Shown: piece after piece, positions 50,197-60,434 of the stretch
How positions within the stretch are numbered: the first letter of the stretch is position 1
Layout of the letters: each line of letters opens with the position of its first letter
Source: Deltaproteobacteria bacterium
Lineage (GTDB): Bacteria; Myxococcota_A; Polyangia; Fen-1088
Assembly: GCA_033763315.1 (NCBI GenBank)
Contig: JANRKS010000035.1
Location: forward strand, 96,001 to 160,000
Length of the DNA: 64,000 nucleotides
Direction of reading: 5' to 3'
Translations under genes and position numbers: made by a program
Notes under the pieces: model-generated
What the model saw: only the letters and a program-made list of their open reading frames with translations
Database searches by the model: none
What the model was told of the DNA's origin: nothing

Positions 50197-51483
50197 TTGC
50201 CTGACCGCGAGCCGGATTTACAATCCGGAATCACGACGGGCGCCGAAGATGTTGTAGAAAAGCCAACGGGACGTCGCTTGCAGAACCTCAGCCGAAAGAT
50301 CGCTTGGACCAGCGCCATCACGCATGGCTTGGTGCATGCGGCTGTTCTGCTGCTGCCGCCACTGCTCACCGACCTTCGCGCCGAGTTTGGCGTTTCGCTG
50401 CTTGCGATTGTGGGGGTGGCGAATTTGATGCAACTGGCGTTCGGTTTGGCCGCGGTGCCCGCCGGACGCCTGGCCGATCGGTACGGCTCGCGCAGCATGC
50501 TGCTGCTGGCCGCCATTGGATGCACGCTATCGCTGGTGGGGGTCGCGTTGGCGCCCTCGTTCTGGGTGCTCTCGGTGGCGTTGGTCGCGCTCGGGATTTC
50601 CGCAGGCATTTATCACCCCAGCGGACTGTCGCTGTTGTCGCGGGGTGTATCGTCACATGAGCAGGGCCGCGTGATCGGCATCCATGGCGTGGGCGGAAAT
50701 CTAGGCGCGGCGCTGGCCCCTGCGTGGTCGGCTTTGTTCGCGACGCAGTTCGGTTGGCGTTATGGCTTCGCCGCAGCCGCCGTGCTTTCGTTTGGTTGCG
50801 TGGCGTTGACGCTCACGTTGCCGAACGTGAAGGCCGCCCCAGCAGAAGCGCTCGCGCATGCACACGGCCCCACATCCTTGCGCGAGCTGATGGCATCTCT
50901 TCGGCTGTTGTGGCGCTCACGGCAGCTACGTTGGTTGCTGGTTTCCACAACCGCTGGAGGCTTCGTTTACCAAGGCGTCGTCACCTTTTTGCCACTGCAC
51001 CTGGCAGACAGCGCCGGCGGCGTGCTCAATGCATCGTTCTTGATGTCGCTCGTGCTCATCGCCGGGATCGTGGCGCAACGTTTTGGCGGCGAGCTGGCCG
51101 ATCGCTTGCCGCGCGAGCGTTTGTTCTTGGCTGAAATGGCGCTGTTCGCCCCCGTGATGTTGTTGCTGGGCCTCAGCTCGGGCGTGGGGTTGATCGCGCT
51201 GGCCCTTTCGGCAGGCTTTCTTTGGTACATGTCCCAGCCGCTTTCGATCGCCATGGCGGCCGCTTACGCAAACACACGCGATCACGGCTTGGTGTTTGGC
51301 CTGCAGTTCGCCGCAACGTTCGGCATCGGCTCGTTCGCGTCGACCGTGGGCGGGTTACTCGTCGCGCGCGGGGGTACGTCGCTGGCGTTTTTGGGCTTCG
51401 GTGTCGTAGCCCTGCTGCAGCTTTTCGCGGCTTTGGCGTTAGCCCAAGGGGCCAAGCGGTCGGCCGCTGTGCCCAGCCACTAA
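50197..51483 (+). CDS. MFS transporter
   Basis: About 12 TM; GRLADRYGSR, YHPSG, GGELADR. Confidence 0.88.
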   Translation: MPDREPDLQSGITTGAEDVVEKPTGRRLQNLSRKIAWTSAITHGLVHAAVLLLPPLLTDLRAEFGVSLLAIVGVANLMQLAFGLAAVPAGRLADRYGSRSMLLLAAIGCTLSLVGVALAPSFWVLSVALVALGISAGIYHPSGLSLLSRGVSSHEQGRVIGIHGVGGNLGAALAPAWSALFATQFGWRYGFAAAAVLSFGCVALTLTLPNVKAAPAEALAHAHGPTSLRELMASLRLLWRSRQLRWLLVSTTAGGFVYQGVVTFLPLHLADSAGGVLNASFLMSLVLIAGIVAQRFGGELADRLPRERLFLAEMALFAPVMLLLGLSSGVGLIALALSAGFLWYMSQPLSIAMAAAYANTRDHGLVFGLQFAATFGIGSFASTVGGLLVARGGTSLAFLGFGVVALLQLFAALALAQGAKRSAAVPSH

Positions 51484-51493
51484 GATCGCGCCC

Positions 51494-51922
51494 TCACTTC
51501 GACGATCGAAGGAAAGGGTCCACGACCTCCACGCCACAATCCGCGAAGTCTGCCGTGTTGCGCGTGGCAACGGTCGCGCCACGTGATCGCGCGATGGCTG
51601 CGATCTGAGCGTCAGCGTGGCTGATGGGTCGGCCGATCGTCCGTCGGTGAGCGACGATGGCTGCAAAGTCTCGGGCCGCGGAAGCCTCGAACGACAGAAC
51701 CCGGTCCGCCATGTCTTCATCAAAAAGCGCTGACACAGCTTCCGTAAGCGCGGCTCTTCGCTTTCCCGAAGGCATCAACGCCACTCCAAGCAACATCTCG
51801 GCCTGAGTGATGGCGCTCGTGAACAAGGAAGAGATTGGCTTTGCGGCAATCCATTCCGCCACGGCTGGATCGGGACGTGCGCGCACCAATTCCGACAACA
51901 CGTTCGTATCGAGCAGGATCAC
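51494..51922 (-). CDS. vapC: VapC/FitB-type PIN toxin
   Basis: MILLDTNVLSE, DAQIAAIA, ATRNTADF, VVDPF. Confidence 0.93.
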   Translation of the reverse strand: MILLDTNVLSELVRARPDPAVAEWIAAKPISSLFTSAITQAEMLLGVALMPSGKRRAALTEAVSALFDEDMADRVLSFEASAARDFAAIVAHRRTIGRPISHADAQIAAIARSRGATVATRNTADFADCGVEVVDPFLRSSK

Positions 51923-52167
51923 CGATCAAACCCAGGCGGCTCACGCACCGGATCGCGTGGTGGAATGGAAAGTTCCACTGGCCCCACCTTCGCAAACCGC
52001 CGACGCACCAGTTGTAACAGATTGGAGGCCGCCTTTGGCTCGCGTGCCAAGGCCGCGCGGAGTACGTCGCGCGCCTCCTCTTCCATCGAACGGCCGTTCT
52101 GGGCCGCCCGAATGCGGAGCCTCGACTTGAGCGACTCATCCAAGTTTCGGATGGTGATGCTGGCCAT
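51919..52167 (-). CDS. FitA/StbC-like RHH antitoxin
   Basis: MASITIRNLD...RAAQNGRSMEEEARDVL; 4-bp overlap with the toxin. Confidence 0.9.
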   Translation of the reverse strand: MASITIRNLDESLKSRLRIRAAQNGRSMEEEARDVLRAALAREPKAASNLLQLVRRRFAKVGPVELSIPPRDPVREPPGFDR

Positions 52168-52201
52168 GCAATCAATGATGGCACATTAAGCAATGATTGC
52201 A
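52167..52201. promoter_or_regulatory. FitAB-type operator inverted repeat
   Basis: TGCAATCA (52167-74), TGATGGCA (52176-83) and TGATTGCA (52194-201), resembling the Neisseria FitA half-site TGCTATCA. Confidence 0.65.
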
Positions 52202-52256
52202 AACGAGTGGGGGATGCCCCAACCCCTTGCGCATCCGAGCTTCGGAGCGGGGCGCG

Positions 52257-53537
52257 CTAACCTGGCGCGGCAGGGGCGGCAGCCATTGAAATCGCACCGG
52301 GCGGGGGCGTTCCGCGTGGCAACGACAGCAAATGAAGCGTTTCACGCAAAGCGAAGGCCAGCGACGCCGCCATCAGCAAGGCCACAAACACGGCTGCCCC
52401 TTTGACCCACGCAGGCGTGGGCACAGGTTCAGGCTCGGGAGCGCCGACCACCAGTTTGCGGTTGCCCAACACACCGGACAGGGCCAGCAGCAAACCCACA
52501 GCGCCGCCACCGAAGTGGGCGCGCAGATCGATGCCTGGCAAAAACGAGATGCCTATGTTGATCAAAAGGGGCGTCGATAGGCCACGCTTGATCCGCGCGG
52601 CAATCAGCGGCGGCAAGATGCCGGCAGGCCGCAGCGACAGTCCATAACCGGCGGTCATCACACCCCAGATGGCGCCCGATGCACCGACCGACCACACGGG
52701 ATCACCGATCAACGAGCTGGCCATGGCGCCACCCAACGCTGAAAGCCCGTAGATCAGCAGGTAGCGCAAGCGCCCCACCACCTGCTCTAAGAACGTGCCG
52801 ACGAAGTACAGCGACAGCATGTTCATCAGCAAGTGCGATTGGCTGCCGTGCAAGAACGCGGACGAGAGCCACCGCCAGACTTGGCCCTCCTTCACCAGGG
52901 ATCCGATGTTGGCGCCCGCCACGGAGATTGCGGTGCCTACCTGCGCCGCACCGAAGCGGAAGAAGACCAACACGCACAAGCCACCCAGCACCGCGCTGAT
53001 CAACGGAAAGCGGCTGCGCGTCTGTTGGTGAAAGCGCACCATCTCCCCGTGCTTTTGTTGCGCCTCAACCACAAGTTGGGCCAAGGCCTCGTCCGTCAAG
53101 GGTGGCCGTTGCGACATTTGCTTTGCGGCGGCCTCAAGCGCGCCCAAATGCCGGCCCTCCACGTGCAACAACACACCGTCTTCCGCCAAATGATAAAGCC
53201 CCACGCTGCGCAGATCGGGCGCGCGTTTGGCTAGATCCGCGAACAAAGCAGGCATTTGGGGATCGCCGCTGGCGATGATCAAGAAGACCGTGGTGCCCTG
53301 CGATTGGAGGAAGGCCAGCAGCCGGTTGGCAAACGCATCGATAGGCTCGCCCGTATACGTGATCAAAGCCACGGGGGCCCCTGTGGCCGCCACGCCGAAC
53401 ACAGCCATCGTGGCGTCAAGACGGGCCAATGGCACTTCCACCGAAGCGTGCTCCACCATCGCCGCCACCAAACGGTTGCGCTGGCCGCGTAACGTGCTGG
53501 CGGGGCTTTGTTGATCCGGAGGCGAAGGGGAATCCAC
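52257..53537 (-). CDS. Rhomboid intramembrane serine protease with N-terminal extension
   Basis: WRWLSSAFLH, HLLMNM, GASG, AHFGG. Confidence 0.9.
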   Translation of the reverse strand: MDSPSPPDQQSPASTLRGQRNRLVAAMVEHASVEVPLARLDATMAVFGVAATGAPVALITYTGEPIDAFANRLLAFLQSQGTTVFLIIASGDPQMPALFADLAKRAPDLRSVGLYHLAEDGVLLHVEGRHLGALEAAAKQMSQRPPLTDEALAQLVVEAQQKHGEMVRFHQQTRSRFPLISAVLGGLCVLVFFRFGAAQVGTAISVAGANIGSLVKEGQVWRWLSSAFLHGSQSHLLMNMLSLYFVGTFLEQVVGRLRYLLIYGLSALGGAMASSLIGDPVWSVGASGAIWGVMTAGYGLSLRPAGILPPLIAARIKRGLSTPLLINIGISFLPGIDLRAHFGGGAVGLLLALSGVLGNRKLVVGAPEPEPVPTPAWVKGAAVFVALLMAASLAFALRETLHLLSLPRGTPPPGAISMAAAPAAPG

Positions 53538-53682
53538 GCTCAGTTGGGTTTATTACGCAGCTGCAGGGCTGTCACGGAACTTCGACGCGCCATCGCTTTT
53601 GCTGCACGTGAGATCGGAGGTGAACCTCGGGGCAAGGTCGGCTACGATTGGCTTTCAAGCTGGTTTTAGCGAAACGAACAAA

Positions 53683-54030
53683 ATGCAACGCGGCAAGAAG
53701 AAGAAAGCCGGCGATGTGGCCTTGGTGGTGGGGCAAACGGAGGACCGCAAGGGGTACCAGGTCCTTCGCAAACGGGGCGATGACGACACCGTTGAGATGG
53801 GGACCGTGCGCCCGCTTGAAGAGGGCAAGCCCATCGAAGGCGAAGTTGTGGGCATGAAACAGCGCAAAGAACACCCGATGCTGTTCGATGTGAAGACCCA
53901 CTTTGATCCCAACCAGGATGAGGCCGTGACACGCGGTGTGGGGCCAGCCAAAGTGGCCACGGAGAAATACCGCCAAGGCTGGGACGCCATTTGGGGCAAA
54001 CGCAAGCGGGCGCCCCAAGAGCTCAATTAG
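53683..54030 (+). CDS. Small hypothetical protein
   Basis: Typical codon usage; GPAKVATEKYRQGWDAIWG C-terminal motif. Confidence 0.65.
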   Translation: MQRGKKKKAGDVALVVGQTEDRKGYQVLRKRGDDDTVEMGTVRPLEEGKPIEGEVVGMKQRKEHPMLFDVKTHFDPNQDEAVTRGVGPAKVATEKYRQGWDAIWGKRKRAPQELN

Positions 54031-55521
54031 TTACGGCACGCTGTAGCGGGCGCGCGCGCCGCGCTCGGTTCGTTCAAGCGGCGGCAAAGGCTGCAAGCCC
54101 AGCAGATATGTCAGCGCGGCATCAAGCGTGGGCAACCGAAAACGAAAGCCCCAGCTTTGCAATTTCGCGGGCGCCATCCTGGTGCTTGATGTTGCCACTT
54201 CGCCCATCTCACCCAAGGCCAACTTCAAAGCCAACGTGGGCACCGGCAAAAACGTGGGACGCCCCAAGGCCTTGCCCATTTTTTGGGTGAACAAAGCGTT
54301 CCGCAACGCCTCTGGTGTGCTTGCGTTGACCGGGCCCGCAAAGCGGTCGTCATAGAGGGCCTGGTGAATCACGCCCACAAGATCGTCGAGCGCGATCCAA
54401 CTCATCCACTGTTTTCCCGTGCCCATGCGACCGCCCACACCCGCGCGGAAGGCGGGCAACATCTTTGCCAGCAAACCTTCCTGTGGCGTCAACACCAGCG
54501 AGATGCGCGGCAACACAACGCGGATGCCGGCCGCCGCGGCTGCCTGCGTGGCGCCCTCCCAGGCTTCACACAGGTCTGCCAAAAAACCATGGCCGCGAGC
54601 CGCGGTTTCATCCACCAGTTCATCACCGCGCTCGCCATAAAAGCCCATGGCTGAAGCGTTGATAAACACCGCGGGCCGCGGCGACAGTTGCGCGGCCAGC
54701 TTGGCCAAGAAGGCCGTGACCTCGACGCGGCTTTTTTGCAGCTTGATTTTGCGATCCGGCGTCCAGCGGCCATCGGCCACGTTCTCACCCGCGAGATTCA
54801 CAATCGCGTCGATGCGGCCCAGCGCCGCGACGTCAACGGTGCCCGCGTAGGGATCCCAAGCCACGGCCTGTCCCACGGCATCGGGCGCCGCAGACGACGA
54901 CGCCCGCACCAGCCGCACAACCTCGTGGCCACCCGTGGACAAAAACGCGCACAGGGCGCGACCCACAAGGCCACTGGCGCCCGCGACCAAAACACGCAAC
55001 GGCGGCCCGCCGTAAGCGGCATGCCGGGACAGATCACCTGCAAGCGCGGCATAACGATGCGCAAACAATCGATGCAGCTTTTTTTCTACCGAGGTGCGGC
55101 CAAAGGCTTCCCCGATGCCACCGCCCGGCACACGGTAGTTGATGTGATCTGTGGCGCGCGTGAGTCCGTCCGCCGGCGCAAAGCGATGCTCATGCGTCCA
55201 AGCGGCAAACGGTCCGCTGACCTGTTCGTCTTTAAAACCAACGCCCTCTTCGTAATCGAAGTGGCGCGCCAACCACTCGAATCGCAACGGGCCGCCATGC
55301 ACACGCAGACTGGTGACGTCACCATCGTGGATCGTCCCCTGTTGTGACAACACCTCCGCGGGCTCCCATGGGGGCATCAAGCGCGCCAAGGCCCCCGGAC
55401 GTTCGTGCCACGCAAACACATGCGCCGGGTCGTAAGGCAGCCGTGTTTCGGCGTCAAATGTCAGATCAAGGCGCACATCACCCGTCCCCTCGCCTCCCAG
55501 AGCCTGATCGTTTGCATCCAT
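54031..55521 (-). CDS. SRPBCC + TIGR01777 (YfcH-like) NAD-dependent epimerase fusion
   Basis: WHERPGALARLMPPW and GPFAAWTHEH, then GASGLVG, VNLAG, WMSWIALDD. Confidence 0.9.
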   Translation of the reverse strand: MDANDQALGGEGTGDVRLDLTFDAETRLPYDPAHVFAWHERPGALARLMPPWEPAEVLSQQGTIHDGDVTSLRVHGGPLRFEWLARHFDYEEGVGFKDEQVSGPFAAWTHEHRFAPADGLTRATDHINYRVPGGGIGEAFGRTSVEKKLHRLFAHRYAALAGDLSRHAAYGGPPLRVLVAGASGLVGRALCAFLSTGGHEVVRLVRASSSAAPDAVGQAVAWDPYAGTVDVAALGRIDAIVNLAGENVADGRWTPDRKIKLQKSRVEVTAFLAKLAAQLSPRPAVFINASAMGFYGERGDELVDETAARGHGFLADLCEAWEGATQAAAAAGIRVVLPRISLVLTPQEGLLAKMLPAFRAGVGGRMGTGKQWMSWIALDDLVGVIHQALYDDRFAGPVNASTPEALRNALFTQKMGKALGRPTFLPVPTLALKLALGEMGEVATSSTRMAPAKLQSWGFRFRLPTLDAALTYLLGLQPLPPLERTERGARARYSVP

Positions 55522-55565
55522 ATCTCTTTGGATGCCCGCGACCAGGCTTGCAGGGCAGCACACGC

Positions 55566-56525
55566 CTAAAGGCGAATCTTCTCGAAGTGCACCAGATCGG
55601 CGAAGGCCGCGAAGCGATCGCGCACACCGGTGAGATCTAAAGTTTGAAAGCGGTTCAAGCTGAAGTCTTCCACGCAGTAGGACGCCAAAACGGAGCCCAG
55701 GATCAAGGCGGTACGAATGTCCGCGGGCGAGGTGCCACCCATGCGAGCCAACCACCCCATAAAGCCGCCCGCAAACGAATCGCCCGCGCCCGTGGGATCC
55801 ACAACCGTTTCAATCGGGAACGCGGGCGCCGCGAATACACCGCCTTCGTGGAACAACAACGCACCGGCGTCGCCACGTTTGATAACAACGGCGCTTGGCC
55901 CCATCTTTCGAATGGCACGCGCCGCGGCCGGCAGGCTGGAGAGGCCCGACAACTGCCGCGCCTCTTCGTCGTTGAGCAACAGCATATCGACTTTTTGCAA
56001 CAAGCGGCCGAGCGCTTCGCGTTTGCCTTCAATCCAAAAATTCATCGTGTCGCACGCGACGAAGCGCGGGCGGGTCACTTGCTGCAACACATCCAGTTGC
56101 AGTTCGGGATCGATGTTGGCCAAGAAAACGAATTCGGAATCCTTCCAAGCGGCGGGCAACTTGGGCTTAAACGTTGAGAACACGTTGAGCTGCGTGTCCA
56201 ACGTGGTGCGCGTAGAGAAATCGGGGGCGTATTTGCCGGACCAGCGAAAGGTTTTGCCTTCCGCCACTTCCAAGCCCGCGAGATCCACGTGCCGCGATTT
56301 CATGAACGCCACGTGCTGATCGGGAAAGTCGCTGCCGACCACACCCACCAAGCGGGCGGGCGCCAAGAACGAGGCAGCCACGGCGGAATAAGAGGCGGCA
56401 CCGCCCAAGATGTCGCTGTGGCGTCCCGCGACGGTTTCAACCGTGTCGAGGCCAACCGAGCCAACAATGAGCAATGAGGAGGGTGAATGGGATGCGCCCG
56501 TGCCGGGCAAAGTCTGCGCAGTCAT
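55566..56525 (-). CDS. PfkB-family carbohydrate/nucleoside kinase
   Basis: GGAASY, DTMNFWI, NDEEA, DPTGAGDSFAGG. Confidence 0.92.
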   Translation of the reverse strand: MTAQTLPGTGASHSPSSLLIVGSVGLDTVETVAGRHSDILGGAASYSAVAASFLAPARLVGVVGSDFPDQHVAFMKSRHVDLAGLEVAEGKTFRWSGKYAPDFSTRTTLDTQLNVFSTFKPKLPAAWKDSEFVFLANIDPELQLDVLQQVTRPRFVACDTMNFWIEGKREALGRLLQKVDMLLLNDEEARQLSGLSSLPAAARAIRKMGPSAVVIKRGDAGALLFHEGGVFAAPAFPIETVVDPTGAGDSFAGGFMGWLARMGGTSPADIRTALILGSVLASYCVEDFSLNRFQTLDLTGVRDRFAAFADLVHFEKIRL

Positions 56526-56612
56526 GCCCCCTGCTACCACAAAATGCCCCAAATTTGGGGAAGAAGTACGGACGGCGCCCGGCCGTGTAGCGCTCTGTTA
56601 CGATGACTTGGC

Positions 56613-58649
56613 ATGCCGCACTCCTCCGATTCTCGGCCGTCCGCTGCGACTGACGACGTGGCCGCGTTGGTACGCGCGGGCCGTCACGACGAAGCGGCCG
56701 CGCTATGCGAGGCGCGCGGCGATTACGCACAGGCGGCCGCGCTTCATGAAAAGTTGTGGGCGTTCGACAAAGCGTGGCCGTTGGCGGAACGCCTTGGCGA
56801 TTGGCCGCGGGCCATACGATTGGCACTTGAGGCCAAGGCGATGACGGACGCGCGGCGGATGGCGGCGCGCGTGCCTGCAGACGACAAACAAGCCTTGTTG
56901 CGCGTGTGTGAGGCATTCGCCGGGCGCGGTGAATTTGAGGCGGCGGCTCAGATGGCGGAACGGGCGGGCGACCTGCGGCGCGCGGCCGATCTATATCGGC
57001 GTGCGGCCATGCCGGTGGCGGCGGCCAGCGCCTTGGTGGCCGCTGGCCAGTTGCGTGACGCCGCCCGCCTGCTGGACAACGTCATCACCACGGCCGATCC
57101 CAGCACAGGTGCCGCCGCCGGCCTTGAGCGCGCACAAGCGCAATTGTTGATGGGCAAACTGATGGCGCGGCTCGGCCGCCCGTGGGACGCGGCGCGCGCG
57201 CTGCAAAAAGCCGCGCATGAGCCGGCCACGATGGTGGAGGCCCGTCGCTATCTGTGTGGCGTGCTGCTTGAGTTGCAACTGCCACAAGCGGCGCAAGAAG
57301 TTGCGCGGCGCTTGCACCTACAAGATCCCCGCTGGCCGCGCACGGCGACGGACGTGGCTGCAACGTTGCCCACCGACGCGCGTGAAGTGCCCAATCGTTT
57401 CGTGGTGCAACGGCTGCTGGGAGCGGGCGCCACAGGCCGCGTGTTCTTGGCGACCGATCGGTTGTTTGATCGAGACGTGGCGCTCAAGGCATTGTCGGTG
57501 GGCGCCACGGGCCCTGAAGAACAAGCTCTTGCGCGCTTTGTGCGTGAAGCCGAAGCTGCGGGCCGGTTGCGGCACCATCACATCGTGGCGTTGCACGAGG
57601 TCGACGTGTCGGCCGGCATCCTGGTGTTCGAGTATTTGGCGGGCGGGTCGTTGGCGGATGCGCTGCAAAGCGAGCCCGTGCTGCCAGTGGCGAAGGTGCG
57701 GCGTTTGGCGCTTGAAGTGTTGGACGCACTTTCGGCCGCCCATGAAGCCGGCATCGTCCATCGCGACGTCAAGCCCGCCAACATTTTCTTCGACGGCGCG
57801 GGCAGTGCCAAACTGGGTGACTTTGGCGCCGCCCACCTGCTGGATTTTGGGCAAACGCAGACGGGCGGCTTGATTGGCACCTTGGCGTATTTGTCACCCG
57901 AGCAAGTCACGGGTGATCGCATCGGGCCCGCGGCGGATCTTTATGGGTTGGCAGCGACCCTCTTCGAAGCGCTGACAGGACGGCCGCCGTTTTTGGGGCC
58001 CGATTTTGTGAGCCAACACTTGGCGGAAGAGCCGGTGCGGCCCAGCGGTCTAATGAGCGCCGTTGACGACGTGACGGCCCAACTTGTGGACGCCGTGTTG
58101 CTGCGCGCGCTGGCGAAGACGCCCAATGATCGCTTCAGCAGCGCGCGGGCGATGGCCGAAGCGGTGCGACGGTGGCCGGTTCATGCGGCATTGATGGCAT
58201 CACCTACGTCAACGGCGCCGCGTGCTCCCTCCCCACCGGAAGCCGCACCGGTGACTGAGACCGTGGCGCAGCTGTTGGGAAACAGCGGCGATGGCGTGTT
58301 GTTGGCAAAGCACGACAAACGTACCGATCGCCGCGTGCTGGTGTGGCGCCCACAAAACCCGCTCGACACACCACAACGTCAAGCGTGGCAGCGCATCGCC
58401 GCGTTGGGCGGCGCACACGTGCAACGTGTTTTAGGGCTCGCCAACGAACACAACGTGGTGGGCACCGAGGTGTGGCTTGAATGGATCGAAGGCGAGCCAC
58501 TGCCACAACCGCCCGCACAACTGCGAGAGCTAACACCGCTATTGTGCGAGTTGTTGTCGCAGGCCACAGGCATCAGCGTGCAAACGCTTGGGTGTGTGCT
58601 GTCCGTCGGCGGCCCCGTATTGCTGGTGCAGCCGCCGCTTGGCGCCTAA
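56613..58649 (+). CDS. Ser/Thr protein kinase with N-terminal helical (TPR-like) repeats
   Basis: LGAGATGRV, VALK, HRDVKPAN, DFG, GTLAYLSPEQ, DLYG. Confidence 0.92.
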   Translation: MPHSSDSRPSAATDDVAALVRAGRHDEAAALCEARGDYAQAAALHEKLWAFDKAWPLAERLGDWPRAIRLALEAKAMTDARRMAARVPADDKQALLRVCEAFAGRGEFEAAAQMAERAGDLRRAADLYRRAAMPVAAASALVAAGQLRDAARLLDNVITTADPSTGAAAGLERAQAQLLMGKLMARLGRPWDAARALQKAAHEPATMVEARRYLCGVLLELQLPQAAQEVARRLHLQDPRWPRTATDVAATLPTDAREVPNRFVVQRLLGAGATGRVFLATDRLFDRDVALKALSVGATGPEEQALARFVREAEAAGRLRHHHIVALHEVDVSAGILVFEYLAGGSLADALQSEPVLPVAKVRRLALEVLDALSAAHEAGIVHRDVKPANIFFDGAGSAKLGDFGAAHLLDFGQTQTGGLIGTLAYLSPEQVTGDRIGPAADLYGLAATLFEALTGRPPFLGPDFVSQHLAEEPVRPSGLMSAVDDVTAQLVDAVLLRALAKTPNDRFSSARAMAEAVRRWPVHAALMASPTSTAPRAPSPPEAAPVTETVAQLLGNSGDGVLLAKHDKRTDRRVLVWRPQNPLDTPQRQAWQRIAALGGAHVQRVLGLANEHNVVGTEVWLEWIEGEPLPQPPAQLRELTPLLCELLSQATGISVQTLGCVLSVGGPVLLVQPPLGA

Positions 58650-58656
58650 CACCAGC

Positions 58657-59991
58657 TCACCGGTTGCGCTTCTGTGCGGCTGGGGGCAACGGCGAAAAAC
58701 GCGCGAACAACTCCGTGACGTACCACACCACAGCACCGTCGGAGCTCGTCGTGGCCACAACGCCGATGCCTGCGTGTGTGGCCAACGCGTCGAACACGTT
58801 GCTGCGGTGTCCAGGGCTGGCCATGAAACCATCATGAACGGCCGCGGGCGAGGTGGCACCACCCACGTTCTCACCCAGCGATGTGGGTGAGAGTTTCGCA
58901 GCGCGAATGCGATCCACAGGGGTGCGGCCATCGGGCGATGTGTGCGCCACGCGTTCCAGGCGCGCCATTTCATCGCTATGCCGTCGAGCCACATCTCGCA
59001 AGCGCACGTCGAGGATCAACGCGGGCAGGTGGCGCTTGGCGCGAAGATCGTTGATGACAGCGAGCATCGTGTTTTCCACGGCTAGCGGCGTTGTGGCCCC
59101 GGCAAACAAATCTGTGGCAGACCCGTCAAACCGGGCGGGAGGCGCCACGTCGCAGAAAACGGGCACGTTCACCATGACTTCCGGACCGCGGCTCGCTTCA
59201 GCCAACAGCTCTACGTCGTAAGCGCCCGGGCCAGCCACACACGAAAACGCACCGCGGAAACCCCGCCCTTGCACTTGCAGCGGGAGATGGACCGTGGCGC
59301 CCGACGGTGTGGTGAGAACAAACTCTGCGTTGCCATATCCCGCCGGCAAAGAGCCGGCGAATGAAGCGCTTGCGGATCCTTGCAGCACGCGCGGCAGCGG
59401 CTGCAGATCGATGGCGCTTAAACCCATCAACACGATAATGTTCACCGTTCCATTGGCTCGGTAGCTGCCCACGCCCAACCGCGGCCAGGCGACTTTCGTC
59501 AAACGCGGTCGCAATTGTGTCATCGCGAGGTCCGCGGCATCCGCGTCACCAGCGTCGGTGTGCACCACCAAAAGGCCGGGCTGAGGCTCGGCCACACCAT
59601 AGTGATGAACGAAGAAACCCACGAGCTCGTTCGTGATGCTGCCCGCTGGCACGCGCGCCAGATCGGCCGCGGCGCGATCTAGACGTCCATCGGAAACCGG
59701 TGCGGCGAAGCCCGCGGAAGCCACCTCGCGCCGGATCGCTTTGCGCACTTGTGCGGTGAGCGGGCCATCGTCAAAAGGAGGCAATGGCGGGCCGCCATAC
59801 GTCGTGGCGGCAGGCGCCGAGGGCCTCGACCAGGGAGTCGGGCTGGGAATGGTCGCATTGTTGGGGGCCACCGCCGGTTGGACCTGTGGCCTCGACGCCG
59901 CGGGCTGGCCGGGACGTGTGACGGGTGGCGCATGAACACAAGCCACCGCCAGCAACAACGCGAGCCTCAAACCCACACGGACGAACGACAT
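58657..59991 (-). CDS. CAP (SCP) domain lipoprotein
   Basis: Lipobox AVAC; INDLR, HSDEM, GENVG, MASPGHRSN, GIGV. Confidence 0.88.
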   Translation of the reverse strand: MSFVRVGLRLALLLAVACVHAPPVTRPGQPAASRPQVQPAVAPNNATIPSPTPWSRPSAPAATTYGGPPLPPFDDGPLTAQVRKAIRREVASAGFAAPVSDGRLDRAAADLARVPAGSITNELVGFFVHHYGVAEPQPGLLVVHTDAGDADAADLAMTQLRPRLTKVAWPRLGVGSYRANGTVNIIVLMGLSAIDLQPLPRVLQGSASASFAGSLPAGYGNAEFVLTTPSGATVHLPLQVQGRGFRGAFSCVAGPGAYDVELLAEASRGPEVMVNVPVFCDVAPPARFDGSATDLFAGATTPLAVENTMLAVINDLRAKRHLPALILDVRLRDVARRHSDEMARLERVAHTSPDGRTPVDRIRAAKLSPTSLGENVGGATSPAAVHDGFMASPGHRSNVFDALATHAGIGVVATTSSDGAVVWYVTELFARFSPLPPAAQKRNR

Positions 59992-60011
59992 ACACTCCAA
60001 TGGTAGTCGGG

Positions 60012-60377
60012 ATGCCTGCGGCTTGCTATCGATCGCCCACGCCTGTGCCACCTTTTGCCCTCGACTGCCAACGCTGCGGCGCCTGTTGCACGAACCCGGC
60101 CGAAAACCGTAACGAAGGGTTCCGCGACTGGGTCGAGATCGATCCGCGCGACGTGATCTTGCAGCGGCCGAAACAGAGGCACTTGATCGTCCTTAACAAC
60201 GAAGGCCAGCCACACTTGCGCCTTGATCCCGCGGGTCGTTGTGTGGCCTTGCGAGGCAAACTGGGGCAGCGGGTGACCTGCGCGATCTACGAGATCCGTC
60301 CGCGCGCGTGCCAACGCCTGCAGGCCGGCTCGGATCGTTGCTTGGAATACAGGCGCGAGCGGGGCTTCGAAACATAA
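60012..60377 (+). CDS. YkgJ-family cysteine-cluster protein
   Basis: CQRCGACC, CVAL, CAIYEIRPRAC. Confidence 0.88.
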   Translation: MPAACYRSPTPVPPFALDCQRCGACCTNPAENRNEGFRDWVEIDPRDVILQRPKQRHLIVLNNEGQPHLRLDPAGRCVALRGKLGQRVTCAIYEIRPRACQRLQAGSDRCLEYRRERGFET

Positions 60378-60421
60378 AAAGGGCCCAGACGCGCGTTCAC
60401 CGCGTCGCCAGACCCTTTTTG
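60376..60421. terminator. Imperfect bidirectional terminator
   Basis: AAAAAGGG...GACGCG/CGCGTC...CCCTTTTT between convergent genes. Confidence 0.5.
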
Positions 60422-60434
60422 CGAATCAACCGTA

